A stretch of DNA of 64,000 bases from positions 1 through 64,000 of the forward strand of contig JACPAV010000012.1 of the NCBI GenBank assembly GCA_016180645.1, read 5' to 3'. Of the stretch, positions 58,399-64,000 are shown piece by piece. The notes under the pieces were generated by a model, which saw only the letters and a program-made list of their open reading frames with translations, searched no databases and was not told the DNA's origin. Every line of letters begins with the position of its first letter. Position 1 is the stretch's first letter. The DNA is from Nitrospirota bacterium (lineage in GTDB: Bacteria; JACPQY01). A program made the translations under genes and the position numbers.

Positions 58399-60257
58399 CC
58401 CCCAGGACGGGGGAAATGCCGCGAGAGGGCAGGAGCCCGGAGCGGCTGAGCGAGAAGCAGGCGGAACTTTTCCAAGAGGGGTCAAGTTCCGGTTCGACGG
58501 AGGCGGCTGGTCCCACCGGATCTGCCGTGGCCATTGCGTCAGAGCCGTCGAATTCCGATACGCAGATAGGAGGGCCAAATTCCCTGAGCGCGGCGGAGGA
58601 ACCCGCCGGTGCATCGGGGCCAGTACGGTCCGGTACTTGCCAAGAAGAGCCGCTCCAGAGTGGGCGGCTAGAGGAGGAAAGTGCAGGGCCAATTGAGGAA
58701 ACCGTAGCGGCAGAGCCGGGAGATTCGGCGACGACCCACACGCCAGAGATGGCCGCCGAGGGTCAGTCGCCGGAAGCTCCGGCCTCCGACGGATCCTCCG
58801 AATCCACCTCCACGCTGGGGGAAACGTTTCTTCTCCAATCCTTGGAGCAGGAGTCGAATCCCTCCACACCGGAGGAAGCGCTCCTTGCCGAAGAGGGCGA
58901 GGAAGCATTGCAAAGGAGGCCTTCTATGGAAGAGCAAAAAGGGACAACGGAGAAAGCGGCCGCCGCCGAATCGGCTCCCTCGACTGAAACCCCGGAGACG
59001 AGCATGTTCAAACTGGCGGAAGAGGAACCCACGTTCGGCGCGAAGATCAAAGTCTTTGGCGTCGGCGGGTGCGGCTGCAACGCCATCAAGAACATGTTCC
59101 AGTCCCATGTCCGTGGAGTGGAACTGATCGCGGCCAATACGGACGCGCAGCATCTTGAGAAACGGGCGAAAGCGGACAAGAAAATCCAGCTTGGTCCGGG
59201 ATCCACGCGTGGACTCGGCGCGGGCGGCGATCCCGAGCGGGGAAAGACGGCCGCGCAGGAAAGCCGCGAAGAGATCCGGAAGGTGCTCGAAGGCGCGGAC
59301 ATGGCTTTCATTACGGCCGGCATGGGCGGCGGCACCGGCACCGGCGCAGCGCCCGTGGTCGCCCAGATCGCCAAAGAAATGGGAATCCTGACCGTAGGCG
59401 TGGTGACCCGCCCCTTGGCCGATGAGGGCCCGCGGCGCCAGAAGCACGCCGAAGAAGGCCTCCGCGAGATGCGGAACTACACCGACACCATCATCGTCAT
59501 CCCGAACCAACGGCTTCTCGCCGTGGCGGGAGACCGGGATCTGCGCGAAGCGTTTAAGAAGGCGGACGACGTCCTGATCAACGCCGTGCGCGGGATCTCG
59601 GACATCATCACCGTACCGGGACTGGTGAACCGGGATTTCGCGGACATCAAGAGCGTGATGCAGGAAATGGGTCTGGCCATGATGGGCATCGGACTTGCGC
59701 AGGGCGAGAATCGCGCGAAGGAAGCGGCGGAATTCGCCATCTCCAGCCCGCTGCTTGAAGACGTGTCCATCCAGGGCGCGAAGGCCATCTTGGTGAACTT
59801 CACGGGCTACTCGATGACGCTCAACGAGGTGCATCAGGCCATTGATTACATCCGCCAGCAGGCCGGCGATCAGGCCCACCTGCTGTGGGGTGCCGTCTAC
59901 AACAAGAACAAGAAGTTCAAGGACACCCTGCGCGTGACGGTGATCGCCACGGGCTTCGGCACCACGAAGCGCGAGGAAACAACCGCTCGAACGGGGAACG
60001 TGCGCGAGCTGAGCGACTACGACAGCCCGACGTGGCTCCGGCGGAAACGCCAGGAGAAACCCGAGACAGCGGAGAAGGAGGTCGAACCCCTACCGCCCGC
60101 ACCGCAGCAGGCGGCCAGTGTGAATGCGAGCGCAAAAGCGGCGGCGGCGAAAACCGCGGCGGGCTACGGCGGCGTGACCATCCACGAGCGGTCGCGCGTG
60201 GAGACCACGGACGAGGACTACGACATCCCGACCTTTCTGAGACGCCGCCCGGACTGA
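58395..60257 (+). CDS. ftsZ: Cell division protein FtsZ, possibly with a long acidic N-terminal extension (alternative start 58926)
   Basis: GLGAGG, AGMGGGTGTG, NRDFAD, C-terminal DIPTFLR; frame open from 58368. Confidence 0.93.
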   Translation: MTPRTGEMPREGRSPERLSEKQAELFQEGSSSGSTEAAGPTGSAVAIASEPSNSDTQIGGPNSLSAAEEPAGASGPVRSGTCQEEPLQSGRLEEESAGPIEETVAAEPGDSATTHTPEMAAEGQSPEAPASDGSSESTSTLGETFLLQSLEQESNPSTPEEALLAEEGEEALQRRPSMEEQKGTTEKAAAAESAPSTETPETSMFKLAEEEPTFGAKIKVFGVGGCGCNAIKNMFQSHVRGVELIAANTDAQHLEKRAKADKKIQLGPGSTRGLGAGGDPERGKTAAQESREEIRKVLEGADMAFITAGMGGGTGTGAAPVVAQIAKEMGILTVGVVTRPLADEGPRRQKHAEEGLREMRNYTDTIIVIPNQRLLAVAGDRDLREAFKKADDVLINAVRGISDIITVPGLVNRDFADIKSVMQEMGLAMMGIGLAQGENRAKEAAEFAISSPLLEDVSIQGAKAILVNFTGYSMTLNEVHQAIDYIRQQAGDQAHLLWGAVYNKNKKFKDTLRVTVIATGFGTTKREETTARTGNVRELSDYDSPTWLRRKRQEKPETAEKEVEPLPPAPQQAASVNASAKAAAAKTAAGYGGVTIHERSRVETTDEDYDIPTFLRRRPD

Positions 60258-60282
60258 ACCGCGACCGGTTTTCGGATTTGTA

Positions 60283-60413
60283 CTGGGCTCTGTTTGATAA
60301 CGTGTTGGACCGGTAGGCGCAGGCTTCAGCCTGCGTCCGAAGACGCACCCGTAAAGGGTGCGGCTACCAAGAGAGGCGCCCCGGCAATGATGGGGTTTTC
60401 AAACAGAGCCTAG
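60283..60413. mobile_element. MITE-like element enclosing a REP doublet
   Basis: Terminal inverted repeats ctgggctctgtttgataac / gttttcaaacagagcctag (17/19 match); GTAG REP pair at 60313-60367. Confidence 0.6.
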
Positions 60414-60421
60414 CTGCCCGA

Positions 60422-60515
60422 GTAGCCGAGCCTTACCTGGCCGAGGACGGCCTGGTACTGCGATATGAAGGCCGGCCATGGATGGCCGGCGATAAGCGCT
60501 GTAAGGCTCGGCTAC
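60422..60515. repeat. 94-bp element with perfect 15-bp GTAG-initiated inverted repeats
   Basis: gtagccgagccttac ... gtaaggctcggctac; internal palindrome gccggccat-gg-atggccggc. Confidence 0.75.
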
Positions 60516-60551
60516 AAAGCGTGAGGGATTCGGCGAAGGTCAGCTCCTGAG

Positions 60552-61244
60552 TCAGTACCTGGGCACCGTCGGGTCAACCTCCGCGGACCAGGCTTCAATA
60601 CCGCCGGTCATGCTGCGCACGTTCGTGAATCCGTGCCCGGCGAAGTAGGACGCAGCATCCAAGCTCCGAATTCCGTGGTGGCAGTGGAAAATGATGGGTG
60701 TGTCTTTGGGCCAGCTCTCCATCATTTCCTGCGCAAGCTCCCGTGTGAGGAGAACGGAGCCGTCGATGGCGGCCATGCGCCGCTCGTGCTCGTCGCGGAC
60801 GTCCACGAGCTTGATGGCCGACCCTTGCTTGAGCAGTTGGGCGGTGTCCGATGCGCTGACCCGCATCTGCTTCTCGCCATCTTCGCTCTTCAGGATAAAA
60901 CTCATCACTTCCTGCATGTCCGTCACGCCGTGGTTGGCCATGACGTCCTTGAGCGTTTCGCTCTCCTCGTATCCGCAACTGCTGCATCCTCCAACGTGAT
61001 ACTTCTGGAATAGCGCCCGCTGCGCGCTCGGAAATCGCGAGAGGAGATCTCCCATCGTCATGTCCGCCGTGAGCGCTCCATCCGCCGTAGATCCGCCGTT
61101 CGGGCGTGACGGAGGGTTCTCAGGTGGCTTTAGCATGATCGTGGATTCACTCCCGAGATGTTCAACCGATGTGGTGACTTCGCTGGGAAGCACAACCGGC
61201 TTCCCGAGCGAAGCGATTTTCGAAACCAACGTTCCTAACCCCAT
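60552..61244 (-). CDS. Rhodanese-domain protein with DUF1858-like CxxC domain
   Basis: DVR, CHHGIRS, GGIEAW; N-terminal FP.AQRALF.KYHVGGCSSCG. Confidence 0.85.
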   Translation of the reverse strand: MGLGTLVSKIASLGKPVVLPSEVTTSVEHLGSESTIMLKPPENPPSRPNGGSTADGALTADMTMGDLLSRFPSAQRALFQKYHVGGCSSCGYEESETLKDVMANHGVTDMQEVMSFILKSEDGEKQMRVSASDTAQLLKQGSAIKLVDVRDEHERRMAAIDGSVLLTRELAQEMMESWPKDTPIIFHCHHGIRSLDAASYFAGHGFTNVRSMTGGIEAWSAEVDPTVPRY

Positions 61245-61370
61245 ATGGACCTCTCTTTCCAGTCGAATGCCTTTATATGTGGACTAACACGGTCCATAGT
61301 ATCAATGATGCGATACGCTCGCAATGGGATGACGGGTCGATCCTTGAGTTGAGAGCGTCCAACAGAATGC

Positions 61371-61474
61371 GTAGGGGAGGGTCTTCAGACCTTCCCGACA
61401 AGAGGGAGCAAGCAAGTAGGGGAGGGTCTTCAGACCCTCCCGACAAGAGGGAGCATCTGAAGATGCTCCCCTAC
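61371..61474. repeat. Cluster of three GTAG-type REPs (second sequence family)
   Basis: gtaggggagggtcttcagacc(t/c)tccc twice at 45-bp period, plus inverted gggagcatctgaagatgctcccctac. Confidence 0.85.
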
Positions 61475-61524
61475 GAATCGGCATTCTGCTAGAGGCTCTA
61501 TACTTCGACGGCTGCTATCGAGGC

Positions 61525-62955
61525 TCAGCCCCGATAGGAAGATGAGCGGCGACGGAGGAAGGAGCGAGCGGCGAGGAAGGCCATTGCGAGGAGGCCGGGA
61601 GGGAGGCCGGAGGCGGATGGCGAAGGGAGGGATGTACAGCCGGGCGAGTCGGGAGGAGGGGGTGGGGTTCCGGGGTCACCGGACAAAGGATTGAAGGTTA
61701 CGGTCACGGATTCGGCACCTTTGTTGCCGGCCGCGTCCCAAGCTTCGGCGGTGATCTTGTTGCTGCCTGTTTGGAGCTTGACGGATGCGGCGAACTTGCG
61801 GCCCTCGGTGAGCGTGACATCCACCCCGTTCACCAAAGCCCGGGTGACTGAAAGGTTATCCGTCACTTCGCCGGACACGGTGATCTCCGCCTGATTCGTC
61901 GTGGCGCCGTCGGCGGGGAAAGCGATGCTGATGTCCGGTGCTTCCGTGTCCGATGGGGGGGGCGGTGGCGGTGGAGGCGGCGGCTCTTCGATTTTGGCCA
62001 GGCCGATGCTGCCCCACGTGGTTTGGCCTGCGACCACGGTTCGACTCAGGCTCCCTGCTTGGTATCCCGTGGCCACGGCGGTGACGGTGTAGTCGCCGGG
62101 GGACAACGAAAATGTATATACGCCGTTCAGATCCGATTGCGAGGAGACGTTGGAGATCAACGTTACGTCCGCATTGGGAATGCGAGCACCCGTTCCCAGG
62201 GATGAGTCGTAAATCATGCCCGTCAATGTTCCCGTGGATGGCGGCGGCGGGGGTGGCGGGTCGTCGGGTGGCGGTGGAGTGACCGCCGAAGGGTCGTAGT
62301 CGGCCATTCCGTAGTGATTCTGAATCCCGTGCAGGTGGGCTCGCGCCGCCTCCTGTCTCTTGGCGGGATCGTTCAGGTAGACGAAATCTCCTGCATTCGA
62401 AACAAAGGCCAACTCGTGCAACTCCGCAGGCATGGCCGTTTCGCGGAGGACGTGAAAGTTGGCCGTCAGATTGCCGCGGTCGCGCAACGGCCAATGCTTC
62501 ATGGCCTCGGCGTGAACGTCGTTGCGGAGCCGGGCCCCCGTGCCGCCTTCGGAATAGGAGAAGGTGGAGATGCCGTTCGCGGAAGGATCGGAGAAACTGT
62601 TGGTATGGATGGAAAGGAAACGATCCGCGCCGATGGAGTTGGCGTAGTCCGTCCTCGAAGAGAGGCTGACGAAGACGTCCGTCTCCCTCGTCATGGTGAC
62701 CTGCCAGTCGCCGCCGCCGCGGGTGTCGTCCGTGTCGCTCTTCAGGAGATCCCGGAAGCGTTCGGAGACATCGAGATTGATGAGTGCCTCTTTCAACCCG
62801 TTCGATACGGCGCCCGGGTCCGTTCCGCCGTGCCCGGCGTCTATGACGACTTTGGGCGAAGCCGCCCAGGCTTGGTTGGTGAGGAGTGAGGTATGAGGGG
62901 TGAGTAGAAAGACCAGGAACGAGGAACCAGGAACCAGGAACCGGCGGAGGATCAT
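61525..62955 (-). CDS. N-acetylmuramoyl-L-alanine amidase (Amidase_3) with beta-sandwich domains and C-terminal sorting signal
   Basis: IDAGHGG.DPGA, E, SIHTN, ELAFVSN; Pro-rich linkers; GC...hydrophobic helix-RRR tail. Confidence 0.9.
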   Translation of the reverse strand: MILRRFLVPGSSFLVFLLTPHTSLLTNQAWAASPKVVIDAGHGGTDPGAVSNGLKEALINLDVSERFRDLLKSDTDDTRGGGDWQVTMTRETDVFVSLSSRTDYANSIGADRFLSIHTNSFSDPSANGISTFSYSEGGTGARLRNDVHAEAMKHWPLRDRGNLTANFHVLRETAMPAELHELAFVSNAGDFVYLNDPAKRQEAARAHLHGIQNHYGMADYDPSAVTPPPPDDPPPPPPPSTGTLTGMIYDSSLGTGARIPNADVTLISNVSSQSDLNGVYTFSLSPGDYTVTAVATGYQAGSLSRTVVAGQTTWGSIGLAKIEEPPPPPPPPPPSDTEAPDISIAFPADGATTNQAEITVSGEVTDNLSVTRALVNGVDVTLTEGRKFAASVKLQTGSNKITAEAWDAAGNKGAESVTVTFNPLSGDPGTPPPPPDSPGCTSLPSPSASGLPPGLLAMAFLAARSFLRRRSSSYRG

Positions 62956-63764
62956 TTGGAAACCAGGTCGCCCACGTAGATGACGCCCTCGGCGTCAAAG
63001 ACCAGTGCCTTCATATCGGGTGAAGGCGCCGGTCGCTGCTCGAGCCGGTCTTTCGTGAACGTGAGCCGGATGCGGCCGAGTTTTTTCAGGTCCTGTACGA
63101 ACAGGTCGGCGGAGAGGAGGTTCCTCCCATCGTCCGTCGATACGTCGAAGAAGACCAAATCGGAATCCGGCGAGAAGGCCGGGTGATTGCCTCGACCCAG
63201 GTTCAGCGTCCGGCCCGATGCCGGTTCATGAACGAAGAGGCCCGAGGCCAGCCCTTGGTACAGTACTTTGGATCCATCAGGCGAGAGCATCGGCGCGAAG
63301 AACTTGTCACCGCCCCGAGTGATCTGAATCGCAGGTGTCTTTGCTTGAATTATGAAGATTTCGTCCGATTCGGCGTAGACCTCCGTGCCGCCGCTCCGCG
63401 AGGGCGCCCGGAAAGTGGGAATCGTATGTAACGCGTTTCCCTGGAGGTCGATGGCGCGCAGCTTCTCGCTGCCCGCCCCGGGGAAGGATGTGATGAGGGC
63501 GCGGCTGTCGTTCGACCAGATCGGGCGGAACCCGGCCCAAGGGTCGCTCGTGAGTTGACTCAGTGTCCCTCCCGCGAGCGGCGCGACAAACAGGCCCCTG
63601 TATTTGAAGCCGGAGAAGGCGATTTGTTGGGCGTCGGGCGACCACGACGCGGCCATGTACTCGCCGCGAGCGAACTCCCGGATGTTGGATATCGAAATCG
63701 AATCCGCCCAACTTGCGGTGGCGGCTACGAAAACGCTTGCGAGGAGCCGAACCAACGTTTTCAT
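62952..63764 (-). CDS. Secreted TolB-like (PD40) beta-propeller protein
   Basis: Signal peptide; repeated WSPD/LSPDG/FSPD/PSPD motifs. Confidence 0.8.
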   Translation of the reverse strand: MKTLVRLLASVFVAATASWADSISISNIREFARGEYMAASWSPDAQQIAFSGFKYRGLFVAPLAGGTLSQLTSDPWAGFRPIWSNDSRALITSFPGAGSEKLRAIDLQGNALHTIPTFRAPSRSGGTEVYAESDEIFIIQAKTPAIQITRGGDKFFAPMLSPDGSKVLYQGLASGLFVHEPASGRTLNLGRGNHPAFSPDSDLVFFDVSTDDGRNLLSADLFVQDLKKLGRIRLTFTKDRLEQRPAPSPDMKALVFDAEGVIYVGDLVSK

Positions 63765-64000
63765 CTTGGACTGTGGAGGAGCAACTGAGATGCCAACTTT
63801 GATAGACAAGTAATTTCAATGCATTAAGAGCAACCCTTTCAAAGTGAGATTTCAGATTGAAAGGATCGTCCCCTAATCGGGACGTTTGCATCTCTCCAGC
63901 CACAAGCGAGCGTTTGACTCCACCTTCCCGCCCTCGATGGCACCGGCGATGGAGCAGACCATGGCGGGACGGGCAGCTAACACGGAGTCAAGGCTCTGAA

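Noticed and set aside
23268-59879. Other long antisense or alternate-frame ORFs (e.g. 23268-24797, 29255-30613, 32548-33873, 36705-37937, 43884-45239, 50674-51975, 58668-59879)
   Set aside because: All overlap well-supported genes and lack recognisable domains
61371-61474. Mini-CRISPR reading of the 45-bp-period repeat
   Set aside because: Two direct copies plus an inverted one with GTAG-palindrome structure; REP-like
61655-62285. GGC/GGT-rich runs as DNA repeats
   Set aside because: They encode poly-proline linkers of the amidase

Overview
GC-rich bacterial chromosomal window; gene content and a MYXO-CTERM-like sorting tail suggest a deltaproteobacterial/Myxococcota-like organism (inference only). 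Layout: (1) 1-15.4 kb, two TetR-associated lipid/acyl-CoA catabolic operons (acyl-CoA dehydrogenases, CoA ligase, SCP-x-type thiolase, acetoacetate-decarboxylase family, SCP2 protein, ABC1/UbiB kinase, SDR), interrupted by a ~2.9-kb toxin-antitoxin islet punctuated by GGGGTCA-type repeats; (2) tRNA-Gly(GCC) flanked by duplicated pieces of itself; (3) mixed metabolic genes (adenylate cyclase, lipase-like protein, M20 peptidase, corA, HAD-ribBA-ribH-nusB, AKR, SDR, bolA-grxD, GH31, A-type Fe-S carrier, orphan nuoB); (4) yceD-rpmF-plsX-fabH-fabD-fabG-acpP-fabF; (5) a complete dcw cluster, mraZ to ftsZ; (6) rhodanese, amidase and TolB-like genes. No CRISPR, integrase, transposase or phage gene is visible. 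The most unusual signals are small: the repeat-delimited TA cassette islet, a 51-bp element inserted in frame in murD, ftsZ and nuoB, tRNA-linked tandem repeats, heptamer repeats inside essential genes, several GTAG-type REP/MITE elements, and a possible long acidic N-terminal FtsZ isoform. All product calls come from motif recognition, not database searches.
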